Assembly: GCA_963666315.2 (NCBI GenBank)
Contig: CAXXHG010000038.1
Location: 32,001-96,000, forward strand
From: Candidatus Binatia bacterium
GTDB lineage: Bacteria; Desulfobacterota; Binatia; Bin18
Direction of reading: 5' to 3'
Length of the DNA stretch: 64,000 nt
The stretch's first letter is position 1, and every line of letters begins with the position of its first letter. The notes under the pieces are model-generated. The model was not told the origin of the DNA and searched no databases. It saw only the letters and a program-made list of their open reading frames with translations. A program made the translations under genes and the position numbers. This document shows positions 30,701 through 39,717 of the stretch, piece by piece.

Positions 30701-31263
30701 AAGGCCGACTCCAGGCTGCAGCGCAAACGACCGAACGCCGTGTTCTGGTCTCGAATACCGCTCGATACGTCACCCAGGAAGCCGGTCTGCTCTTTATCCC
30801 GGTTACACATGCGGGCAACATACAAGGCAGCGATGAAGAGGTCGGTCTGATTTGTGAGTTGGTTGATGAGCTCCTTGGGCGAACACTGACGGACACCCGG
30901 GGGCAGAAGTGCGGACAACTCCAACTGTCCGATATTCTTTTTGTTGCACCGTATAATATGCAGGCCCGCAAACTCCAGGCCGCGCTAGGTCTGCGCGCCC
31001 GGGTGGGCTCTGTGGATAAATTCCAAGGGCAAGAAGCCCCGGTTGTCATTCTGTCTATGTGTGCCAGTCAAGGCGATGGCTCTCCACGCGGCATTGCTTT
31101 TCTGTTGAATAAAAATCGTCTCAATGTGGCGCTGTCGCGTGCCCAAAGTCTTGCCATCGTTGTGGTCAACCCGGTCCTAGCCCGGACGCAGTGTCTCTCC
31201 TTAGCCCAAATGGAGCAGGTCAATCTGTTTTGTCGCGTGATGGAAGAGGGCAGGAGGCCATAA
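27787..31263 (+). CDS. TM0106-family RecB-like nuclease / RNase H-like / SF1 (Dna2-like) helicase, copy 1
   Basis: GQPDFL..YEVWDAKLA..QL; FFDMEG, YSIKNLE, YNRDDC; GPPGSGKT, DEAGQ, GDQMQL, DKFQGQE, RLNVALSRA. Confidence 0.9.
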   Translation: MHAHSGLIRYSPADLVEFLASPFATWMSRFALDRPDRVQPDPDPPALTVLAERGRQHEQACVEQFRQAGRDIYVPPEGAARTSATVAAMRSGREIIHQGRLAYDAVRCSFIGQPDFLVRTEGVSDLGDYHYEVWDAKLAHHPSPAFLIQLCCYADLLTIVQARLPGSVCLLLGSGEQPRFRTADYIYYYRALKHSFLEFLQHFELEHRPAPELGGSYGRWSTTAAKLLGAADHLSRVANITVSQIKKLGAAGITTLQALAETRLAHIPKLDDTVFARLKEQAHLQLVSTDTERPTYRILIPQSSEPRRGLGLLPPASAGDVFFDMEGYPLVEGGLEYLFGAVSIQHDAVTFHDWWAHNADEERRAFSAYVDWVYARWQADPSMHIYHYANYEIAALRRLMGRYGTREAEVDTLLRSEVFVDLYTIVQHGLRVGEPHYSIKNLEHLYRPQRSGEVTSAVDSIVAYTRWVESGKPADWSASPLLQAIRVYNRDDCESTWQLAAWLRERQHEASIAWMPKHENQGEGAAEGVDEADLLGDLASPHALAQTLIEEIPPALERATHAEHWHTQELLGHMLEFHRREEKPGWWAMFDRHAMTETELVEDINCLGGLARLSQPPEQIKRSQGFWYGFDPNQDTKLDTGASCYFAHDLGIRVPIHVLDRERGRICLKFGPGKLKQFPHGTPPDRLALIPDEHVSAKVIERAVLAVALAWQEKHDLSPALQDFVLRRPPRLTQEGLLSSQSSADELTHELVAPDEDLVDAATRLAVSLDHSTLCVQGPPGSGKTTTAARMILALLDRGKRVGITANSHAAILNLMRKCKELRAGRLACVKIGGSEEDGFFELCPEALYAQRVRDALPRLDQIQLVGGTAWAFSDPGMRGSLEYLFVDEAGQVAVANLMGMAAATDNIILVGDQMQLGQPIQGSHPGESGLSILEYLLQGRATIPADMGLFLGTTWRLHPKVCHFLSDAVYEGRLQAAAQTTERRVLVSNTARYVTQEAGLLFIPVTHAGNIQGSDEEVGLICELVDELLGRTLTDTRGQKCGQLQLSDILFVAPYNMQARKLQAALGLRARVGSVDKFQGQEAPVVILSMCASQGDGSPRGIAFLLNKNRLNVALSRAQSLAIVVVNPVLARTQCLSLAQMEQVNLFCRVMEEGRRP

Positions 31264-31270
31264 CCAGGTC

Positions 31271-31690
31271 ATGACCACCTTTACCCGCTACACGCTGATC
31301 CAAATCCCTGGTTGGCTCATCTGTGCAATTGTTCTCTGCGCTACTCATATTTGGTTTGAGCTGCCAGTGTGGGCGGCTGCTGGACTGGCTGCCGTTTGGG
31401 TGGGCAAGGACTTTGCCCTGTATCCGTTTCTGAAACATGCCTATGAAACTGATAGCAAAACCGGCGCACAGCGGCTGATAGGCAGCGTTGGAGAAGTGCA
31501 ACAGACTCCTGGCCCGCTGGGTTATATACGCGTGAACGGAGAACTGTGGCGGACTGAGGTGATTTCAGGCGGGAGCCCACTCCGGCCTGGTACTCGGGTG
31601 CTGGTACAAGCAGTCTGCGGGCTGACGCTCCGGGTGATCCCTGTAGATCAAGATGCCCAGTCTGCCCAGCGTGTCCATGACCCTTGTTAA
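31271..31690 (+). CDS. NfeD-family membrane protein
   Basis: Two TM helices, then LIGSVG, GYIRVNGELW, GLTLRV. Confidence 0.8.
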   Translation: MTTFTRYTLIQIPGWLICAIVLCATHIWFELPVWAAAGLAAVWVGKDFALYPFLKHAYETDSKTGAQRLIGSVGEVQQTPGPLGYIRVNGELWRTEVISGGSPLRPGTRVLVQAVCGLTLRVIPVDQDAQSAQRVHDPC

Positions 31691-31699
31691 TCGTCTGGA

Positions 31700-31873
31700 C
31701 TAATCGTCTGGATCGCCGAGTTCTTTATTCCAGGCGTACTTGGCCAAGAAGAGAAATACGCCCCCAATTCCCAACAGCACCAGACCTTTGGGGTCGCTTT
31801 GACGAAAATAGTCGAAGCTCTGCATAAAGCACAGAAAACTTCCAGCAACGAGTCCGATCGCAGTCCCTTTCAT
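31700..31873 (-). CDS. Small 57-aa two-TM membrane protein (below the ORF-track cutoff)
   Basis: GGAGGAG RBS, then MKGTAIGLVAGSFLCFMQSFDYFRQSDPKGLVLLGIGGVFLFLAKYAWNKELGDPDD*. Confidence 0.6.
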   Translation of the reverse strand: MKGTAIGLVAGSFLCFMQSFDYFRQSDPKGLVLLGIGGVFLFLAKYAWNKELGDPDD

Positions 31874-32055
31874 AAACGGGCTCCTCCAGCGCCTAGTGTT
31901 GGGCCCATATGCTGGGCGTGAATGCTTGAGTGTCCTATCTCATACGAAGCGTACAACGGTCCAGCATGCCCAAAAAGAGCGGAGGAGTAAAGTTTGGGGC
32001 TCAATTTCCGACTCCTTCCCTCAGGTCGAAGAGGAGCCATTTTGTGTCTAGCGTT

Positions 32056-32556
32056 ATGGTCGAAAAGAGGCGCAATCCTAAGTCGCGTCGTACGATTGAC
32101 GATATGCTCGGTCAGGATGAGGCCATCCAGATCACAGCGAATGGTGTAGCAGAGCACTTCCTGCTCGTCACCAACCAGCGGGTCGCGATTATACAGGAGA
32201 AGGTGCGTGTGTGGGGCGCAAGCGAAACACAAACGGAGCCGCGTAACTTTCTGTTGCGAGATATTGTACGCGTAGAGATTCACGCCAAAGGCAATGTGTG
32301 TAACTTAGAGCTGATCTTGTGTAAAAAAGACGACACAGCCGATACGTCTGTGCAGCTGGAGCGATGCATACCCTTTAACAGTCTTGACGCGAAAAAAGCT
32401 ATCAAACTCGCGATAGACATCGAAGCAAAGATTAAACAGTTTTCAGACCATCAACCGACCGGTACCCCGCCTATGGCCAATACTGATCAGCTCGCCAGTA
32501 TTCTCGATCAAGCCTTGCTCAGAGCTATGGCCAAGCGTGAGGGCAACTTCGCATAG
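32056..32556 (+). CDS. Hypothetical protein, PH-like domain
   Basis: LLVTNQRVAII strand pattern typical of bacterial PH domains; start uncertain. Confidence 0.55.
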   Translation: MVEKRRNPKSRRTIDDMLGQDEAIQITANGVAEHFLLVTNQRVAIIQEKVRVWGASETQTEPRNFLLRDIVRVEIHAKGNVCNLELILCKKDDTADTSVQLERCIPFNSLDAKKAIKLAIDIEAKIKQFSDHQPTGTPPMANTDQLASILDQALLRAMAKREGNFA

Positions 32557-32598
32557 AGTGGAGTGACCTCGTCGCGGGGAAGGCCAGCGGCGCGCTGC

Positions 32599-34041
32599 CT
32601 ACATTTCTCGGCAGGCTGCGCGAATGTCTTCCACACACATCGCCACCCGATCGTGATGAGTCCGAAAGCATAGGGCACAAATCCGGATGACAAATTTGTC
32701 GCCGAGCGTTTCCCCTGCCCGCTCGCTGAGCAGCGTTCCAGTGAGGAGGACGCGTTTACGGACGTTGATCGCGTTGAGCAGTCTCTGATTGAGTTGATTT
32801 AATGCGGACGTATCGAATCCAGATCGGTTGAGCCGAAAGGCGACGATCGATAGTTGTGGTTCAGCGATGATTTCTATGTCTGCAATGGTCCGCAGCTGTG
32901 CGGTTGCCCATTCGGCTAAGGCGAGCTTTTCTTCAAGTGCCTGCCGAAACGGCTCAATGCCGTGCATTTTGAGTGGCAGCCAGATGCGTAGCCCACGAAA
33001 ATCGCGAGACAACTCAGGTGAGATCTGGCAGAAGTCTATAAAATCCGGATCAGCTTGCATGCTGGGCAAGTAGGCGGCTGCGTCCCCGCTATGCGCGCGT
33101 CTGAGCGTCTCTCGATCTCGGACAATCAGTGATCCTGTTCCAAAAGGAAGAAACAGCCCCTTATGAGGATCCAGCGTGATCGAGTTTGCACGCTGGAGGC
33201 CGGCCAAACGGCTCTTGCCGCGTTCGGTCAACACGAAGAATCCACCATAGGCTGCATCGATGTGGAGCCACAGATTTTCACGCTGAGCGATGTCAGCCAA
33301 AGCGTTGAGATCATCAACGGCTCCGGTATTGGTCGTCCCAGCATTGCCGACAATGAGAAATGGTTGCTGACCGGCATGCCGATCTGTCTCGATCTGCTGC
33401 TGCAGGGCCGTGAGACGAATACGGTAGTGGGCGTCCGTCGGAACCGCCCGGATGGTCTGCGGCGGAAAGCCGGCCAGGAGCGCCGCCTTTTGGACCGAAT
33501 GGTGCGTCTGGTCGGAGGTATAGATCGTTCCCGAGAGAAAGTTGTCGGGCAGACGCTCGCGACGAGCCGTAAAGATAGCCGAGAAATTCGCCAGCGAGCC
33601 ACCTGTGGTGAGAAATCCGCCCGCAGACTGGGGATAGCCTACGATATCGCAGAACCAGTGGACGACATTGGCTTCAAGCTGGGCCAAGCCTGGGGCTGCG
33701 GCCCACACGCCGACGTAGCGGTTGACGGCATTACTGATCAGATCGGCGACGGCCGCATGAAAAATTCCACCGCCGGGGACATAGGCCAGATAGCCCGGTC
33801 CGGCACAGTTAAAGCTGGTGGGAATTGCGGTCCGAAATAAGAATTCCAGGATCTCGTGATAAGGCTGTCCCTGTTCGGGCAGGTCTTCTCTCAAGCCGCG
33901 CGCGAGTTCTGCTCCGCCTTCCGTATTAGCCGCGGGTTGATCCGGGAGCGATTCAATATGCGCGGTGATATACGCCATGGCCTGGTCAACCAGGCGGTGC
34001 ATGTCGGCGGTCGACGGTTCGAGCGGAAAAGTATGATCCAC
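32599..34041 (-). CDS. Group II PLP-dependent decarboxylase (aromatic amino acid decarboxylase-like)
   Basis: TTGGSLAN, AGTTNTGAVD, WLHIDAAYGG, LDPHKG. Confidence 0.92.
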   Translation of the reverse strand: MDHTFPLEPSTADMHRLVDQAMAYITAHIESLPDQPAANTEGGAELARGLREDLPEQGQPYHEILEFLFRTAIPTSFNCAGPGYLAYVPGGGIFHAAVADLISNAVNRYVGVWAAAPGLAQLEANVVHWFCDIVGYPQSAGGFLTTGGSLANFSAIFTARRERLPDNFLSGTIYTSDQTHHSVQKAALLAGFPPQTIRAVPTDAHYRIRLTALQQQIETDRHAGQQPFLIVGNAGTTNTGAVDDLNALADIAQRENLWLHIDAAYGGFFVLTERGKSRLAGLQRANSITLDPHKGLFLPFGTGSLIVRDRETLRRAHSGDAAAYLPSMQADPDFIDFCQISPELSRDFRGLRIWLPLKMHGIEPFRQALEEKLALAEWATAQLRTIADIEIIAEPQLSIVAFRLNRSGFDTSALNQLNQRLLNAINVRKRVLLTGTLLSERAGETLGDKFVIRICALCFRTHHDRVAMCVEDIRAACREM

Positions 34042-34054
34042 AACGCCGTCCGCA

Positions 34055-34963
34055 TTACTGACCCGTGATCAAACTCTGATACACCAGGGTCAGCCATAGG
34101 TCGGTTGAGATCGACCCGCTGCCCCACGACTGCCATTCCTCAGGGACTCCGGCCGCTTTCATGTCATCCAGACTCGTGCCTGCCGAGATAGCCTGCTGAA
34201 CAGTATGCATCGTTTCGACCAACATCCGGTGCGATGTCTTGAGGTTGTCGAGCGTTGCGAGCGGACCATGACCGGGAATAATCTTGGTTTCAGCGGCTGC
34301 TTGGTCTATCACGCTCTGCACGTTCTGGGTGTAGCCTTGCACGCTCCCGCCGTTGTCTAAATCAATAAACGGGAAGCGCCCGACAAAAAAGTGGTCGCCC
34401 ATATGAATGACCTGTGACTGGGTGAAAAACACTATGCTGTCGCCGTCTGTGTGGCCGTGCGGAAAGTGCACGACTTTTATTTCTTCGCCGTTAAAATGAA
34501 TCGAAACCGAGGTATCAAACGTGACCACCGGCCAGGCAGCTTTGGGAGCTGCTGGGACCGTATTGTGAAAAACCTGCTGGTTGGCCGTGAGACGTTTGCG
34601 GACATTGGTGTGGGCAATGATCGGCGCGAGTGGACCAAATTCTACATTGCCGCCGGTATGATCACCGTGCCAGTGTGTGTTTAGAATAAACTTGAGCGGT
34701 CCAGTGTGGACGGCGTGCAAAGCCGCCGTGATTTTCTCGGCCAGTGGGGCAAATTGATCATCAACAATCAAAATGCCATCCTCTCCAATCGACGCCGCAA
34801 TATTTCCTGTGCCCCAGTTGGCGTGCAGCATATAGATGTTGCCACTGACCTGGGTTGTCGTAATTTCGACGTTGCTGAAGTCGCGTTGAGCCTGAGCAGG
34901 GCGGCCAAGAGCAAGCACAGCCCACAAGAGGCACAAGATGCAAACGAGACGGAATACAGACAT
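34055..34963 (-). CDS. Exported MBL-fold metallo-hydrolase
   Basis: Signal peptide, NTHWHGDHTGGN, GHTDGD, HMGD, IPGHG. Confidence 0.9.
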   Translation of the reverse strand: MSVFRLVCILCLLWAVLALGRPAQAQRDFSNVEITTTQVSGNIYMLHANWGTGNIAASIGEDGILIVDDQFAPLAEKITAALHAVHTGPLKFILNTHWHGDHTGGNVEFGPLAPIIAHTNVRKRLTANQQVFHNTVPAAPKAAWPVVTFDTSVSIHFNGEEIKVVHFPHGHTDGDSIVFFTQSQVIHMGDHFFVGRFPFIDLDNGGSVQGYTQNVQSVIDQAAAETKIIPGHGPLATLDNLKTSHRMLVETMHTVQQAISAGTSLDDMKAAGVPEEWQSWGSGSISTDLWLTLVYQSLITGQ

Positions 34964-35000
34964 GACGGGTCTCCTGACACAATCACACCATTAAACTAAA

Positions 35001-35525
35001 CTAGCGTTGTAAGAGAATCTCTACACACTGCCGTACGGCGTCCTCGGCCTTTTCGCGCAGCACGGTGTCGGTATTACTCGCTATGGGATGCGGAATCACG
35101 ACAAATGGATAGTCCGGCAGCCCCTGCACCTTGGCCATGGCTTTCGCCGTAGGTTCAAAGCGATCCGTAATAATGGCGGTGGCGGCTAGGCCGGCTTTTT
35201 CCGCTGTAATGGCGTCGTGCAAACTGCACGACGAGCAGCTGCCTCAATCGCCGACTGCGGAGATCACGGCATCACAGTCTGCCATATGGGCAATAACGTC
35301 ATCCGGAGCAGGCCGGCTGGCATCGGGCTTTGAAAGCCGCACTACCTGGCTGACGTCGTACTGCGAGCGCAGTAACTCCTCGATGTGATTCAGCAGCGTA
35401 TCGACATTCAGTTTGCCGTTGTCGAGTAAGCCCACCGTACGTCCGGACAGCGAGTCCAAGCGTGCAACCGTTTTTTGTCTGGCCTGCTGGCCGTCAAAGG
35501 TCGGATCAAGAACGCGCAGGGTCAT
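35001..35525 (-). CDS. UGSC-family selenoprotein (174 aa, Sec at TGA 35244-35246)
   Basis: ORFs 35244-35525 and 35001-35222 share one frame joined by GAT-TGA-GGC-AGC-TGC-TCG-TCG-TGC (D-U-G-S-C-S-S-C), with a hairpin directly after the TGA. Confidence 0.88.
35213..35233 (-). promoter_or_regulatory. Bacterial SECIS-like hairpin
   Basis: CGTCGTGCA-GTT-TGCACGACG, a perfect 9-bp stem with a G-U loop, 10 nt 3' of the UGA. Confidence 0.8.
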
Positions 35526-35537
35526 ACCTTTCCTCCT

Positions 35538-36592
35538 TTATGGGGTTTCGATAATTTGTGTGACAGCGCGGGCTCGCGAGCCGAGCCAGGGCGGAATGAT
35601 GGCCCCAAATCCACCGGCTGGTCCGCCGGCTGCAATCACCAGCAGATCGTCGGGCGAACACAGGGCGGTAAACTTTTGATCAGCTCCTTTGCCCATATTC
35701 ACAATCTGTTGTTTGCCCACGGTCGCCCAATCACGCCGGACGACGCGGGCTGAGCGATATACATATTCCTGAATGTCTTTCTTTTGCCAGCCGGCAGCTG
35801 CAATCAGCTCGCGCAGTTGTTTGGGAAGGATCAAGGCATAATTCCCAGCCCAGATCGAATACGTCAGCATATTATGCCGTATTGCTGCGGCAAAGGTTTC
35901 GACAATCTCTTCCGGATCGTCTGTCCATTCATTCATCGCCTGATGGGGTGATTCTCCGGCCATGACCGTCACCGCAGATGTCCCGTGGGGAACGCCACGT
36001 TCTTGAGCCAACGGAATCCACGGACTGTCTTCTTCATCTTCAGCAATGCAAAATGTGAATTTGCCCGGATGACCCAGCGTGGCCCGGTCGAGTTGGCCGG
36101 GAATACAGCCCAGTATATTGATCAGAATCAGGCGAATAGCTCGACCTATGCTGCCGTTGGCACGGGTGCTATTGCCCAAGACATTATGGGTGGCATTCAG
36201 ACCAATTGCCTGCCGGATCGGACCGTTGACCACAATGAATTGGGCGCTGCCTCCGGTGCTGGCCGTACTGCCATGCAGGTTGAATTCTTCCTGACACATC
36301 GCTTTGAGAATCGCCACGACTACAGGCATATAGACGGGGAGACAACCGGCCATGACGGCATTGATGGCGACTTTCTCTGCGGTAATGGGGCCGCTGGCGG
36401 ACCGACTCCACTCCTACGACGTCATGCGGAGCTAACCCGGCTGCATCCAAGCAAGCACCTACGAGATCTGCAGTCGGGGGCAGGATCGGCAGGCCGTCAG
36501 TCCAGCCGCGCTGATGGTATACATCATTAACCGCCAGGATGTCTTTCAAGTTCGTAGGTTGGCGACTGAAGAGCAGTATGCGTGTGTGTCAC
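35538..36592 (-). pseudogene. Conserved partner protein of the UGSC gene, with two +1 frameshifts (~36546, ~36388)
   Basis: RGWTDGLPILPPT...[shift]ITAEKVAINAVMAGC...STASTGG...VVNGP...RANGSIGRA...TLGHPGK; GTG start 36592 with GAGGA RBS. Confidence 0.75.
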
Positions 36593-36691
36593 AGCCTATT
36601 CCTCACGTGGGCGCAGCATGCCTCTGCTAGCCAGCATACAGACAGATTGCTGTTTGGCAATGCTTCACGTCTATTCAGTAGTGCTTCACAT

Positions 36692-36823
36692 CTAGAGCGT
36701 GGAAAAGGGAGAGGAAGTGTCATTGCGAGGAGCCGTAGGCGACGAAGCAATCTCTTTGCCCGCTGCAGATTGCTTCGCTTCGCTCGCAATGACGTATACC
36801 GCCACTTTCCAAACACCCTCTAG
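36692..36823. mobile_element. MITE-like element carrying a REP palindrome, bounded by CTAG at both ends
   Basis: Imperfect terminal IRs ctagagcgt-ggaaa / tttccaaacaccctctag; internal GTCATTGCGAG...GAAGCAATCT...AGATTGCTTC...CTCGCAATGAC at 36719-36793. Confidence 0.75.
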
Positions 36824-38134
36824 GCGGCGACTGGCGCTTCTCCTGCCGCGTCCCGCAGGAAATACGGCAGAGCAGGAACCATCATCATAAGGGGCAGCAC
36901 GAGCAGGCCAGCCGCCCAGAGAATATTGAAATGCTCGGTGACATAGCCGCCCACCCACGGCCCAAACACAATACCAAGACTAAAGGCCATATTATAGAAA
37001 CCAAAGGCCTTACCTGATTGTCCCTCAGTCAGATTGTCGACCATGAGGGGCAGGGTAGGGACGAGGGCAGCCGAGAGGGCAATAATCGTGGCCACTGCAA
37101 GAGGCAGAAGCCACACCGAATCAAGAACATAAAACATCATGGGCACCAGGCCTGCCGCAGCCAGCAGACCAAATCGGATCGGTTCCCGTCTGCCTCGCCG
37201 GTCTGACCACCAGCCAATCACAGGCTGGATAACAAACATGGCCAGTCCCCAGCCCGAAAAGAACAGGCCGATATCTTGGCCGGGACCAACCCATATGAGC
37301 GAATTGCAGCGGGAGCAGCACCTCGATTGCACCGATAGTGGCACATGTGACCAGAATGACTAAACACGCGCAGACGAGTTGTCGCTGTACCCCGTCCCGC
37401 AAAGAAAGAGGTGAGGCAGAATGGGGGGAATGGGACGGAGACGCCGACCGCGTCGGTATCAGGATAAAAGTACACACAGCCAAAGCAAAAGGAATCCAGG
37501 CAAAGTACAAGAACGGATCACGCACCTGACCCAGGCTCCCCAAGGCAGGCCCCGCAATTACGCCAATACTAAAGGCCATGGTCAGGACACTCATTTCAAC
37601 CCCACGGCGTTCTTTTGTCGCAATTCGGGCAGCTAGGGGCAAGGCGGCGGCCCAGGTTGCCGAGGCGGCTATCCCTTGGCCCAGCCGACACCCGAGGAGG
37701 GAGCCGAAACCAGTCGCCTGCCAAAATCCGAGTGAGACACAGCCTAAGATCAGCATGCCGACTGTGAGCAGACTGCGTTCGCCCCAGCGATCGACCAGCA
37801 GCCCAAAGGGTAAATACAGCACGAGAGAGATCAGGCCATATGCTGCGTACAGCGCCCCGGCGCGTGTTTCGCCCAATCCTAACTCTTGGGCGAAAGTCGG
37901 CAGTGCGGGGATAATAACCGTGTAGCCGACGGCGTCTATAAAAATGATCACAACCGCAAGACTGAGCAGAAGCCAGCGGGGGCGAGTCGCGGTGATTTCA
38001 AGGGCTGCTGCAGGGCAGGGCGTGGGGCCAGCGTCATTCGTCGTTTTTGGCAATGACCTGCTCGTCTGTTCGGGTGGAAAAGAGATCCGGGTGTTGGGCA
38101 ACGAAGACGGTCGGATCGCCACGGTCGAGCCCAC
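36820..38134 (-). pseudogene. MFS transporter with a +1 frameshift at ~37279 (start uncertain)
   Basis: GLLVDRWGER motif A in the N-half and GWWSDRRGRR in the C-half, in different frames. Confidence 0.8.
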
Positions 38135-38564
38135 GCAGATAGGCTTGATTGTGGTCGTTAAGCCATTGTTTTTCTTGGCTCACATCACCGTTAGGATCGA
38201 CCTGAGTAGTAATAGCCGTCTTCAGCTGCAAGAGACGGTCTACGACTAGAAGAGGGTTCTGGCCGGCATTGTCTTCTTCTGTTTCTAAAAGCAATGCTGA
38301 GGTGCGATTGTTTAGATAGTCGAGCATGATGGTTCGCTGGCGCGGGGTTGCGACCTTGCCTGCCGCGAGTGCGGCGATCTTGGCATCTTCTTCGCCAAGC
38401 AAAGCGTAGACTTTGACAGCGTTGAAGAAATAGGAGGGCACACCATGCGTTTGTCCACTGCCCCGATACCAAACAAAGTATACGGCCAGAACGGCCAGTG
38501 CAGTTGCGAACATAACAAGCATGGAGCCGAAGGTCCTTTCCTTTTGCGCTCCAAACCATAGCAC
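38034..38564 (-). CDS. Hypothetical membrane-anchored protein
   Basis: 176-aa ORF with one N-terminal TM helix. Confidence 0.5.
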   Translation of the reverse strand: MLWFGAQKERTFGSMLVMFATALAVLAVYFVWYRGSGQTHGVPSYFFNAVKVYALLGEEDAKIAALAAGKVATPRQRTIMLDYLNNRTSALLLETEEDNAGQNPLLVVDRLLQLKTAITTQVDPNGDVSQEKQWLNDHNQAYLRGLDRGDPTVFVAQHPDLFSTRTDEQVIAKNDE

Positions 38565-38619
38565 CGTTCGGGGGAGGGAGCCAGAGAAAAAAGGCGTTTA
38601 TCCGGTCAGTCTAGTCAGA

Positions 38620-38662
38620 CTCAGAATGACAGAACCGGGCGCTTATGGATTCGGATAGGCAC
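38620..38662. repeat. Dispersed repeat, inverted copy of 45179-45223
   Basis: Reverse complement gtgcctatccgaatccataagcgcccggttctgtcattctgag versus gtgcctatcggaataaccataggcgcccggttctgtcattctgag. Confidence 0.85.
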
Positions 38663-38679
38663 GACGTGAGCTCTTCTCT

Positions 38680-39171
38680 TCAATCCCTTGCAAGTTCCCA
38701 CGCTTGCTCAGTATGCACAAGATTCAGGCTATGATTCTTTTCGCCTATTGCCTGGTCGGCCAGCGTCCCTAGTAGATCATAGGCGTTACACTCTTCCATT
38801 CCATCACGCGCAATGAAGCGCATCAGGTTTTCCAGGGCCTGTCCGCACTGCTCGTGTCCGTTCTCGATCCGCGATAGTGTCTCGGGTTCTACTCGTAGTC
38901 GCCTAGCCATTTCTTTCTGTGACGCTCCACGGTGCTTCCGCAGAAAGCGCAACTCAAGTCCAGACAGCATCGCGATCGCATCGTTCAGGGCTGAGTGCAG
39001 CGCGGATATACGTGGAATACGCGGCGCTTCTCGCTGACAGGTCGAGCACCGGTAGACGTCAATGTCGATGAGATACACATGGTCGATCCCAGACGCCGTG
39101 TACTGATACGGTTCTTCCGCCGTGGCTGTTCGCGTCTCTAGCTCGCCTTCGCATTGCTCACATACTATCAT
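38680..39171 (-). CDS. MqsA-like antitoxin (Zn finger + XRE HTH)
   Basis: CEQC...CSTC; ELRFLRKHRGASQKEMARRLRVEPETLSRIENG. Confidence 0.85.
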   Translation of the reverse strand: MIVCEQCEGELETRTATAEEPYQYTASGIDHVYLIDIDVYRCSTCQREAPRIPRISALHSALNDAIAMLSGLELRFLRKHRGASQKEMARRLRVEPETLSRIENGHEQCGQALENLMRFIARDGMEECNAYDLLGTLADQAIGEKNHSLNLVHTEQAWELARD

Positions 39172-39186
39172 CGTGACCTCTTCCCT

Positions 39187-39471
39187 TTACATGACTGTGA
39201 CAATGTACAGATCATCCTCAATAATCACGATACATCTTGTAGACTCACCCTCCAGGTCCTCGCCAGTGACTTTTTACCGCCAATTATTTTGCTTTCGTGT
39301 GACATGAGTTACTTTTCCGTATGTCAGGATATGTATGATATCAGCGGTGTCGATGCCGCGCTCCACCATGCGATCTTCCGCATGGTGCCCTAGCACCGTA
39401 CCGCCCTGGTTCACCAGCCGCCGAATTTGGCGCATGGCCTTGTCGAAACTTAACAACCCTTGGCCGGCCAT
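39187..39471 (-). pseudogene. DUF4258-type toxin with an internal nonsense codon
   Basis: HAEDRMVERGI..ADIIHIL..G...NNWR*KVTGEDLEGE...IVTVM*; TAA 39274 is in frame. Confidence 0.75.
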
Positions 39472-39717
39472 CCCTACTCTTCCACATTCATGCTGTCGAT
39501 ATACTTGAGGAGATATCAAGTTTTTGAACAAAAGCAATAGACTTGCATGTACTTTTACTCGCCGGATATCAGGCGTCCAATACTGACGAGGATGGTGTAG
39601 TTCTCCCCTAGGGCCGGGTGAGGGTGCGAAAAGCTGAGGTGCTGGCTGCTGCCACAGTCTTACGGGATACCCCATCAAAGACTATTAACTTTGTGGGGAT
39701 CTCTCGGCGTCTCCCTC

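Noticed and set aside
36380-36550. Programmed frameshifting in the UGSC partner gene
   Set aside because: No slippery heptamer; two separate +1 shifts would be needed, and the same +1 pattern occurs in unrelated genes.
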